This document shows, one piece after another, positions 17,576 to 24,473 of a DNA stretch of 32,000 nt. The DNA lies in contig NC_013202.1 in assembly GCF_000023965.1 (NCBI RefSeq), forward strand, positions 1,410,001 to 1,442,000, written 5' to 3'. The notes beneath the pieces are model-generated. The model did not search any database. It worked only from the letters and a program-made list of their open reading frames with translations, and was not told the origin of the DNA. Position 1 is the stretch's first letter; each line of letters opens with the position of its first letter. Source of the stretch: Halomicrobium mukohataei DSM 12286. GTDB taxonomy: Archaea > Halobacteriota > Halobacteria > Halobacteriales > Haloarculaceae. The translations under genes and the position numbers were made by a program.

Positions 17576-17744
17576 CGATATCGTCCAGACAACGCCGGTG
17601 TTCGGCCTGCTGTCTTGCGTGTCGCCATACGTTCGGCGTGGCTTCGACCTTAATCTTGCCGAACGAATTCAGTACACTTATGTTGGCAATATTTGACAGG
17701 TGTAGCTGTAGCCGTCGAACGGTCACCGAGTCAACATCACTGTC

Positions 17745-18968
17745 ATGTCTCAGTACAACCGTCGGTCACTGCTCCGTGCGGGTGTCGTCGCCGGAACGGT
17801 CGCTACTGCCGGCTGCCGTTCTCCGCGGCGTCCGGAGCGGACGATCCGATCCGATCGACGACCTCCGGCGGGGACGTGGCCGTCACAGCACCGCGGCGTT
17901 CGAAACAGTCGCCACACTCCAACTGCTGTGCCACCGAGACAGACACCCGAACGCGAGTGGCGCGTCGACCTCCGGGGAACGGTGTTTCGGATGGTCGCAA
18001 CCGACGCGACAGTGTACTGTCTGACGCTGCGATCGGGTGGGTCGGGTGACGTGTACGCCGTTCGGACGGACGGTGTGATACGGTGGCACGAGGCGGATCT
18101 CGACGGTGTCGGATCGCTCGACTACGTCGCTGGGCGGCTGTACCTCGGCGGACGGACGTTCCGGGCGCTGGAAGCGGACTCGGGCGGGGAGCTGTTCGAA
18201 ACGAAGCTCCCGGACGGACAAGCGTACTCGGCCGTCGAGCACCGCGGCACGATCTACGTCGCGACGAACACTGACTCGTTCTACGGACTCGACGCGGACA
18301 CGGGGGCGATCCAGTGGCACGCGTCGATCGGTGGCGACCACGGCGTCAGCATCTACCGGGGGCAGCCACTCGTCTCGTCGCCGTACCGAATCCGCTGCTA
18401 CCGGTCCGACCGTTCGCCGTTGACGGCCCTCCTCGGTGAGCCACCGGCGATTCACACGTCCTGGCAGCCACCGCATCAGAGCGTCGCCGTCCTGTGGCCT
18501 GCCGTCGTCGATGGAACGCTGTACCGGGGAGCCGTCGGCACGGACCGATCGACCGTTCCGCTGATAGCGTACGATCTCGACGCCGGCAGACGGCGGTGGC
18601 ACCGAGAACTGGCCAGTTACGTCTACACGCCGGCAGTCGATCCCGACGCCGGCCGCGTATACACGTTTGCCCGTCCAGCGGGCGCTCGAACGTCCCACGG
18701 CACCGTGTACGCACTCGACAGTGCCAGCGGCGCGACAGCGTGGTCACAGCCCCTCGACTTTCGCGCGGGCTGTCCCGTGATCGCCAACGAGACGGTGTAC
18801 CTTTCGGGACCGGATGACGACGGCGGGCGCGTCGTCGCCCTCGACAGCTCGACCGGAGCGGTGCGGTGGGAGGCCGGCGTCGGAGACAGCCAGGTCAACC
18901 ACGCGCTCCTCTCGGTCGGCGAGCGACTCTACGTCGGCGGCACTGGAGAGATGGTTGCACTGGCGTAG
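17745..18968 (+). CDS. PQQ-like beta-propeller repeat protein, predicted Tat lipoprotein
   Basis: 407 aa. MSQYNRRSLLRAGVVAGTVATAGC combines a twin-arginine motif with a lipobox Cys. Repeats of the form IYV....G.LYALDA.TG...W are typical of PQQ/BamB-like propellers. Confidence 0.8.
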   Translation: MSQYNRRSLLRAGVVAGTVATAGCRSPRRPERTIRSDRRPPAGTWPSQHRGVRNSRHTPTAVPPRQTPEREWRVDLRGTVFRMVATDATVYCLTLRSGGSGDVYAVRTDGVIRWHEADLDGVGSLDYVAGRLYLGGRTFRALEADSGGELFETKLPDGQAYSAVEHRGTIYVATNTDSFYGLDADTGAIQWHASIGGDHGVSIYRGQPLVSSPYRIRCYRSDRSPLTALLGEPPAIHTSWQPPHQSVAVLWPAVVDGTLYRGAVGTDRSTVPLIAYDLDAGRRRWHRELASYVYTPAVDPDAGRVYTFARPAGARTSHGTVYALDSASGATAWSQPLDFRAGCPVIANETVYLSGPDDDGGRVVALDSSTGAVRWEAGVGDSQVNHALLSVGERLYVGGTGEMVALA

Positions 18969-19078
18969 CCTGCTCTGAAGCTACCACGAAACACACGCTA
19001 GCGCGTGCCACGCTGTGGCTCGTCTGTGACGCGGTCCAGCGGTCGCGACTGTCTCGAAACAGCGAGAACGGGCCGTGG

Positions 19079-19438
19079 TCAGGACGCCCGTCGCTGGATC
19101 GTCACCAGCCACCCTGCGCCGCCGACGAGCGCCGCCACGCCGACCACGAGCAGCAGGTCGCTCCCCAGCGCGACGCCCCCGACGAAGCCGACCAGCGAGA
19201 CGGCGAAGACCGCGTGTGCCGCCGCGAACAGCGCGTAGCCCTGCCGGTAGAACACGAAAGCCCCGAGCGCGAGTCCCGCAGCGAGCACGATCGGAGCGGC
19301 CAGCGCCGGCTGGATCGGGACCCCGCCCACGTCGATCGGTCCCGTGATCGGCTGGGCGAGAAAGAGCAGTCCGGCGGTCCCGACCAGGACACCGACGGCG
19401 GTCCGGCCCGGCTCGACGGCGTAGCCGGCGACGTTCAT
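19079..19438 (-). CDS. small integral membrane protein (119 aa, about 4 TM segments)
   Basis: Within ORF 19079..19576. The start MNVAGYAVEPGR at 19438 overlaps the stop of the upstream gene (ATGA at 19435-19438). The protein is hydrophobic throughout. Confidence 0.6.
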   Translation of the reverse strand: MNVAGYAVEPGRTAVGVLVGTAGLLFLAQPITGPIDVGGVPIQPALAAPIVLAAGLALGAFVFYRQGYALFAAAHAVFAVSLVGFVGGVALGSDLLLVVGVAALVGGAGWLVTIQRRAS

Positions 19439-19965
19439 AGTCGCCGGTAGGTCCCACCGCTCTCGGTCACCTCGCCGCGGCGACGGAGCTTCGCCAGTGC
19501 GTCGCGGACGTAGTCGGCCGGGACGCCGCGCTCGGTCGCGTAGTCGATCACGTCTGCCTCGGTGGGCGCTTCGCACTCGCGCAGCGCCGACAGGACGATC
19601 TCCGTTCGGCTCTGGCCGCCGCCAGCGCCGCCTTCGGACCGCTCGGCGGCGGCCGCGACTTCCTCCGTGTCGACGCCGGCCGCTTCGAGCACCGCCTCGT
19701 CGCTCGGACCGGCGTCGTCGAGTCGCCCCTCCATCTCGGAAAACGAATCGAGTTCGGCGAACGCCTCACCGTGGTCCTGCCGGTTGGCCAGCATCGACGA
19801 CCGGACCTCGCGAGCGTGGTCTTCGTCGTCGGTCTCGACGAACTTGCGGCGCTTCTCGTGCTTTCTGGTCGTGCCACAGCGGGGACACTGGGTCGTCGCC
19901 GGCCGCCCCTCGACGATCCACAGCGCCGAACAGTCGCTACACCCCACGACGGCGTACATACTCAC
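19435..19965 (-). CDS. zinc-ribbon protein with acidic linker and C-terminal winged-helix-like domain (resembles the haloarchaeal DUF5817 family, from memory)
   Basis: 176 aa. The N-terminal CxxC...CxxC is VVGCSDCSALWIVEGRPATTQCPRCG. The C-terminal end ...YVRDALAKLRRRGEVTESGGTYRRL looks like a wHTH domain. Confidence 0.7.
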   Translation of the reverse strand: MSMYAVVGCSDCSALWIVEGRPATTQCPRCGTTRKHEKRRKFVETDDEDHAREVRSSMLANRQDHGEAFAELDSFSEMEGRLDDAGPSDEAVLEAAGVDTEEVAAAAERSEGGAGGGQSRTEIVLSALRECEAPTEADVIDYATERGVPADYVRDALAKLRRRGEVTESGGTYRRL

Positions 19966-19996
19966 CGTTGGGACGGTCGCCGATTGAATCTGGCGG

Positions 19997-20827
19997 TCAC
20001 ACCGGCAGGGCGGCCAGCAGCGTCTCGGGAGCTGCCGCCATCTCGTCGCCGTAGACGAGACCGATGTACAGGAACAGGACGAGCGTCGAGTTGTAGACGC
20101 CGTGGATCACCGCCGGGACGACGATGTTGTCCGTGTACTCGTAGCTCGTGCCAAACACCAGCGCCGGCCACAGCAACACGACCAGCACGAGCGCGTTCCC
20201 GACGGTCGACCCGCCGACCAGTGCGAACCCGTGCATCCCGGCGAAAGCGGCGCTGGCAAGGAGGATCGCGACCGCTGGACTGAGGACCTCCCGGAGGCGA
20301 CCCTGGACGACGCCACGGAAGAGCAACTCCTCGCTGGGGCCGACGACGAACAGCATCACCGGGATCAGGTAGAGGACGATTCCGGGGTTCGCCATCGCGA
20401 CCTCGCCGAGCTGGTTCTGTCCGGTCTCGACCTGTAGCTGTGAGAGGACGAGGAGGCCGACGAACACGCCCGCGAAGGCGGTACAGTACCCCCCGAAGAT
20501 CACACCGAAATCGCGCAGGTCTGGCACGCCGTAACCGATGTCGAAGGGCGTCGATCCGGGTTCGAAACCCAGTCGCTCTCTGAGCTTCGGCCCGAGCGAC
20601 GGTCTGGCGTTGACATACAGCATCGACACGCCGAAACAGCCGACGCCTTGAATGAAAAACAGCGAGAGAATCAGGAACTCGACGCTCGTCGGCTCGATGT
20701 CGAATCCGGCCAGAAGCAGCCCGAGTGCTGCGACGTTCGCCAGGAGGGCTCCCAGGAGCAAGCCGCCAGCGCCGAGCCCGAGCGCGGAGACCAGTGCGAC
20801 GGCCGTTCGCTTCGATTGCTCGTTCAT
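19997..20827 (-). CDS. CPBP-family intramembrane glutamic endopeptidase (Abi/CAAX protease-like)
   Basis: Within ORF 19997..21139. I chose the start MNEQSKRTAVALV (20827). It is multi-TM and has the motifs EELLFRG, FAGMH and IHGVYN. Confidence 0.8.
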   Translation of the reverse strand: MNEQSKRTAVALVSALGLGAGGLLLGALLANVAALGLLLAGFDIEPTSVEFLILSLFFIQGVGCFGVSMLYVNARPSLGPKLRERLGFEPGSTPFDIGYGVPDLRDFGVIFGGYCTAFAGVFVGLLVLSQLQVETGQNQLGEVAMANPGIVLYLIPVMLFVVGPSEELLFRGVVQGRLREVLSPAVAILLASAAFAGMHGFALVGGSTVGNALVLVVLLWPALVFGTSYEYTDNIVVPAVIHGVYNSTLVLFLYIGLVYGDEMAAAPETLLAALPV

Positions 20828-20957
20828 CTTGGTGGTACTCGATCCTTGGAGGCGACGGCATGAAAACTGTTCTCCAGTCCGCCGACGCGTCCCGGCTCGC
20901 CCCTCCCCACTGATCATCCCCGGTAGGCTTACCTGCCGCCCTCTACTCACCTCGATT

Positions 20958-21293
20958 ATGCAGGTCTGTGACACCGCCGACAGCGAGTTCACCGAGGTCG
21001 TCGACGGCGTCCACATCGCGCCGCTGGCGGTCGGCGAGCGGATGAACGTCCAGCACTTCCACATCGAGCCGGGCGCGGTCGTCCCGGAGCACAGCCACCC
21101 CAACGAGCAGGTCGGTTTCGTCGCTCGCGGCACGTTCACGTTTCTCGTCGACGGTGAGGAACAGGTCGTCGGTGCCGGCGACTCCTACGTCGTCCCGGCC
21201 GAGGAGCCCCACGAGGCGGCCAATCGGACCGACGAGCCCGTTCGCGGGATCGACGTGTTCAGCCCGCCACGCGACGAGCCAAACTGGGAGTGA
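20958..21293 (+). CDS. cupin domain protein
   Basis: Within ORF 20652..21293. I chose the start MQVCDTADSEF (20958). The cupin metal-binding motifs are PEHSHPNEQ and G......P...PH. Confidence 0.8.
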   Translation: MQVCDTADSEFTEVVDGVHIAPLAVGERMNVQHFHIEPGAVVPEHSHPNEQVGFVARGTFTFLVDGEEQVVGAGDSYVVPAEEPHEAANRTDEPVRGIDVFSPPRDEPNWE

Positions 21294-21295
21294 GC

Positions 21296-21317
21296 GCAGC
21301 GTGACGCGGGACGCTGC
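21296..21317. terminator. hairpin between the convergent cupin and hexosaminidase genes (gcagcgt-N8-acgctgc)
   Basis: 7-bp perfect stem at 21296-21302 / 21311-21317, in a 41-bp convergent spacer. Confidence 0.3.
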
Positions 21318-21334
21318 CCGCGCCCGCTGGCCGG

Positions 21335-23785
21335 CTACTGCCAGTCGACCAGATCAGACTGGTAGTAGTTGACGTTCGCCTGCGCCCAGCGTGGGCCCTG
21401 CAGGGCCAGACGCTGGCTGAACGCGTCGAAGTCGCCGATATCGGACGACGACGACCAGCCCAGTTCCGCGATGGCCGCCAGCCGCGGGAACACCATGTAC
21501 TCGATGTCGTCCTGGGTCTCGACGAACTCCGTCCACAGCGGTGCCTCGACGCCGGCGACCGAGGACTCGTCGACGCCGTCGATGTAGCTGCCCGGATCCC
21601 AGGTGTAGGCGTCCTCGACCGAGACCGGTCCCGCCCAGTCCTGGCCCACACCGTCCTGATAGTTGTAGTCTTGATCGAGGTACGCGAGGTGGGCGGGCGA
21701 GGCGATGACGTCGTTGCCCTCGCTGGCCCGGGCCGCGACCTCCGGGGCCTGTGCGTCGGTTCCCCAGTAGTGGAGGAGCGCAGACGTAACGGGCTCCGTG
21801 CTGGCGATCTGGTGCCATCCGATGGGGGTCTTTCCGGCGTCCTCGATCATCGGGAGGACCGCGTCGATGAACTCCTCGTACTTGGCATCCGACAGCACGT
21901 CGGCTTCGTCGCCTCCGACGTGGAAGTACGGGCCGTCCGTCATCTCGGCGACCGCGCTGATGACGTCGGCTGCGAACTGGAGACTCGTCTCCTTGTGCTC
22001 GTCGTCCATGCACAGCGTGGTGTCGCCGACGTTGATGCCGGTGTCTTCCTCGCGTTTCGTGTCGTCACAGTTCAGTTCCGCGTACGACTCCAGGGCCGCC
22101 CCGGTGTGGCCGGGCATGTCGATCTCCGGGACGACCGTCATGTGGCGATCCTGCGCGTACTGGATGATCTCCTGGTAGTCGGCCTTCGTGAAGTAGCCGC
22201 CGGGCCCGCCGTCGACCTCCGAGTCTGCCCCTTCGTCGGTGAGGTTCGGCCAGTCGTCGATCTCGATACGCCAGCCCTGGTCGTCGGTCAGGTGCAGGTG
22301 CAGGTGATTGATCTTGTAGGCCGCCACCTGGTCGATGAACTCCTTGACGACCGACTTGTCGAAGAAGTGCCGTGCCACGTCGAGCATCGCGCCGCGGTAC
22401 TCGAAGCGCGGTGTGTCGGTGACCGAACCGCCGGGGACGACCCAGTCGACGGACTGATCGGTGTCGGCCTCGACCGCCGCCGGGAGCACCTGGCGAAGCG
22501 ACTGGACGCCGTAGAACAGCCCCGCGGCCTCGTTGGCTCGGATCGTGACGCCGTCGCTGTCGACGCTCATCTCGTAGCCCTCGTCGCCGACCGACGAGGG
22601 AGCGCCGTTGAGCAACAGCGCGATGCTGTCCGCGGACGCGGACGAGCCACTCTCGACGGACAGATCGAAGCCGGTCGCCGGCCCCAGCAGGTCGGCGAGG
22701 TACTGTCCGACTTCGGTCCCGCTGCCCTCGGCGACGATCGTCGTCGAGGACGTGATCTCGAAGCCGTCGTCGGCGGTCGTGATGTCGCCCGGCTTCGGCA
22801 CGAGATCGGCCAGCGTCTTCGTGACTGGCTCGGGCGGCCCACAGGCGGTGATCTGCTTCCAGGGGCCTCCATCGCTACTGGGCTCGTCGCCCTTGCTCCA
22901 CCACTTGGCTTCCCAGAGCGTGCCGTCGTAGATGACCTGGTCGCCGCCGGTGTACGTCGTTCCGGAGTCCCACTCCGAGACGCCGCTACACTCGCCGCCG
23001 TCGCCGCCGACGCTGACTGTCGTCGCGTTGGTGTCGGTCGCACCGTCGTCGTCGGTGACGGTGAGTGTGATCGTGTACTCGCCCGACGAGTCGTACGTGT
23101 GGGTCGCGGTCTGACCGCTGGCGGTCGCGTCGTCGCCGAAGTCCCAGGCGTACGACGAAATCGACCCGTCGGCGTCCGAGGAGTCGGCAGCGTCGACGGT
23201 CACCGACTCGCCCGTCGTCGGCGAGGACGGCGAGACGGTGAACGACGCGTTCGGAGCCTCGTTGTCGCTTTCCGAGACGGACACCGTCGTCGATGCCGTC
23301 CCGCTCGCGCCGTCGTCGTCGGTGACGGTGAGTGTGACCGTGTAATCGCCTGCAGAGCCATACGTGTGACTCGCGGTCTGTCCGGTCGCCGTGTCGCCGT
23401 CGCCAAAGTCCCAGGCGTACGAACTCACGGAGCCGTCCGGATCGGACGAGCCCGACGCGTCGAAGGTGACGGACTCGCCCGGCGCGGGTGTACTGATGCT
23501 CGCCGTGAACGACGCGACCGGAGCCTCGTTCTCGGTGTCGCCACTACAGTCGCCGATCTTCGTCCAGACCGAGTCGCTCTCTTCGGGTTCGTTGGCCTGG
23601 GTCCACCACTCGGCTTCCCAGAGAACGTCGTCGTAAACGACGCGGTCGCCGCCGTTGTAGGCGGTGCCGGATTGCCACTGCTGAACGTCGCTGCAATCTG
23701 CTGCCGATGCGGTCCCGCTGACGCCGATCGCCAGCGCAGACAGTGCCGATGCCTTCCGTAGGATGTTGCGTCGTGTCTCTCTCAT
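21335..23785 (-). CDS. secreted GH20 beta-N-acetylhexosaminidase with CBM5/12 - PKD - PKD - CBM5/12 N-terminal modules
   Basis: 816 aa. The Tat signal is MRETRRNILRKASALSALAIGVSGTASA. There are two W..G..Y..GD.V.Y....WEA.WW modules and two PKD modules (F.AS.S.D.DG.I..Y.WDFGD....G....H.Y...G.Y.V.L.V.DD.G). The GH20 core has HLHLTDDQGWRIEI and FHVGGDEA. Confidence 0.9.
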   Translation of the reverse strand: MRETRRNILRKASALSALAIGVSGTASAADCSDVQQWQSGTAYNGGDRVVYDDVLWEAEWWTQANEPEESDSVWTKIGDCSGDTENEAPVASFTASISTPAPGESVTFDASGSSDPDGSVSSYAWDFGDGDTATGQTASHTYGSAGDYTVTLTVTDDDGASGTASTTVSVSESDNEAPNASFTVSPSSPTTGESVTVDAADSSDADGSISSYAWDFGDDATASGQTATHTYDSSGEYTITLTVTDDDGATDTNATTVSVGGDGGECSGVSEWDSGTTYTGGDQVIYDGTLWEAKWWSKGDEPSSDGGPWKQITACGPPEPVTKTLADLVPKPGDITTADDGFEITSSTTIVAEGSGTEVGQYLADLLGPATGFDLSVESGSSASADSIALLLNGAPSSVGDEGYEMSVDSDGVTIRANEAAGLFYGVQSLRQVLPAAVEADTDQSVDWVVPGGSVTDTPRFEYRGAMLDVARHFFDKSVVKEFIDQVAAYKINHLHLHLTDDQGWRIEIDDWPNLTDEGADSEVDGGPGGYFTKADYQEIIQYAQDRHMTVVPEIDMPGHTGAALESYAELNCDDTKREEDTGINVGDTTLCMDDEHKETSLQFAADVISAVAEMTDGPYFHVGGDEADVLSDAKYEEFIDAVLPMIEDAGKTPIGWHQIASTEPVTSALLHYWGTDAQAPEVAARASEGNDVIASPAHLAYLDQDYNYQDGVGQDWAGPVSVEDAYTWDPGSYIDGVDESSVAGVEAPLWTEFVETQDDIEYMVFPRLAAIAELGWSSSSDIGDFDAFSQRLALQGPRWAQANVNYYQSDLVDWQ
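23009..23530 (-). repeat. tandem duplication encoding two PKD modules (about 255 nt each, diverged)
   Basis: Roughly aa 86-170 and aa 175-259 of the hexosaminidase align. Nucleotide runs such as gtcgtcgtcggtgacggtgagtgtga recur. Boundaries are approximate. Confidence 0.7.
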
Positions 23786-23970
23786 GTGTTCGAATGTCGC
23801 CTTCGGCAGTCGCTCGCTGGCCGGGTCGGGCCGACCGATAGTCCGCGCGACCGCACGGTGTCCACATCCCCCAACCGGGCCGTTGCGATCCGAAGCGTCC
23901 GTCGTCGATCGTCTCCCTGTACTCGAACTGACGGATCACACGCCAGTCAACACTAGCCACGAACCCTCAC

Positions 23971-24007
23971 GTATTAGTACATTTCCACTGTATTTTTATA
24001 TAAAGAG
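23971..24007. promoter_or_regulatory. AT-rich block with TATA-like sequences readable on both strands (tatttttatataaag)
   Basis: It is the only strongly AT-rich patch in the 667-bp spacer. It lies about 190-220 nt upstream of the hexosaminidase ATG (23785), which implies a long leader. It could equally drive a plus-strand transcript antisense to the icd 3' region. Confidence 0.35.
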
Positions 24008-24146
24008 TTGTAGATGTGTATCGAACTGGGCGGCGTCTGGCGAGACCGTGCCAGTCGGGCGAGAAAGTGAACGGACGGGAATGGATGTGTCCAGTCTGCA
24101 GGGACTGCTGTGGACGATCGCACCGATCCGAGACGAGAGAACAGTC

Positions 24147-24473
24147 GAACGGCGACGACGTCGGTGGCGCGAGCGTCTCGCCGTTCACGCGGTGACGCTA
24201 CGCGAGCCAGGCGACTCGCTTACGCGAACTTCTCGATGTCCTCAGAACGCAGGACGTTCTGACTGCCCGAAAAATCGTCTTCAGGCCAGTTCTTCGATGT
24301 TCTGACGGCGCAGCCGTCAGAGGACGAGAAACGGTCTACGACAGTTTCTCGATGTTTTCGCGGCTACGCCGCGAAAGCCCGAGAAGCTTGCGTACGCAAG
24401 CTTCTCGATGTTCCCGGAAGTCTCCGATTTCCGGGCGCACGAAAAGTTGGCCTTAGGCCAACTTTTCGATGTT
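24147..24473 (-). repeat. array of six copies (one genuine, five extragenic) of the icd 3'-terminal 21-nt core, each embedded in hairpins; period 55-61 bp
   Basis: Cores lie at 24453-24473 (true end), 24392-24412, 24336-24356, 24281-24301, 24220-24240 and 24165-24185. All contain cgatgt or a variant. See the findings for minus-strand translations and stems. Confidence 0.85.
24441..24467 (-). terminator. perfect 12-bp hairpin with the icd TAA stop codon as its 3-nt loop, ending in a U4 run on the transcript
   Basis: gaaaagttggcc (24441-24452), tta (24453-24455), ggccaacttttc (24456-24467). On the minus-strand RNA this reads GAAAAGUUGGCC-UAA-GGCCAACUUUUC. Confidence 0.45.

Noticed and set aside
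14488-17628. A 1046-aa ORF on the minus strand spans two plus-strand genes. Similar long shadow ORFs are 6729..8435(-), 11917..13581(+), 13028..14980(+), 21671..23761(+), 24408..25757(+), 3615..5240(+), 26949..28247(-) and 5305..6417(+).
   Set aside because: Each lies antisense to, or frame-shifted on, a gene with clear family motifs. Their products are Arg/Gly/Val/Pro-rich and basic, the opposite of the acidic haloarchaeal proteome. In high-G+C DNA stop codons are rare in non-coding frames, so long open frames are expected by chance.
17745-18000. Possible frameshift in the PQQ-propeller gene, because the region after the lipobox is unusually Arg-rich and two other frames are open there.
   Set aside because: The annotated frame keeps the expected elements in order: Tat motif, lipobox Cys, the ...GTWP... 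segment and the first propeller blade. The alternative frames show no recognisable motif, so no frameshift is needed.
20556-20572. tRNA-like T-arm sequence (ccgggttcgaaaccc).
   Set aside because: It lies inside the well-supported CPBP protease coding frame (encoding GFEPGS on the minus strand). The stem is imperfect, and no acceptor, D or anticodon arms can be built around it.
23960-24010. Chromosomal replication origin, suggested by an AT-rich tract, an adjacent CAGTGGAAA motif and nearby repeats.
   Set aside because: The AT-rich tract is only about 40 bp. There is a single motif with a weak G-string, no inverted partner on the other side and no orc1/cdc6 gene in the window. It is kept as a low-probability hypothesis in the findings, not called as a feature.
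23763-24305. ORFs in the long spacer: 23763..24305(+) 180 aa and 23967..24188(-) 73 aa.
   Set aside because: Their composition is Arg-rich or Cys/Thr-rich rather than acidic, and they have no motif. The minus-strand ORF starts inside a decayed icd-end repeat (its N-terminus MNGETLA is the pseudo-end). They are probably chance open frames.
24147-24473. CRISPR array, suggested by regular ~55-61 bp periodicity with palindromic elements.
   Set aside because: The conserved part is only about 11-21 nt and degenerate, and the spacers themselves are hairpins. The repeat is the end of the icd coding sequence. There are no cas genes and no leader, so this is not CRISPR architecture.
24381-24473. Integron attC-like sites, suggested by imperfect palindromes of ~55-60 bp beginning with GTT.
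   Set aside because: The core here is GTTYYYR-like (GTTCCCG, GTTCTGA, GTTTTCG), not the GTTRRRY attC core. No IntI-type integrase or cassette ORFs are present, and integrons are not known in archaea.
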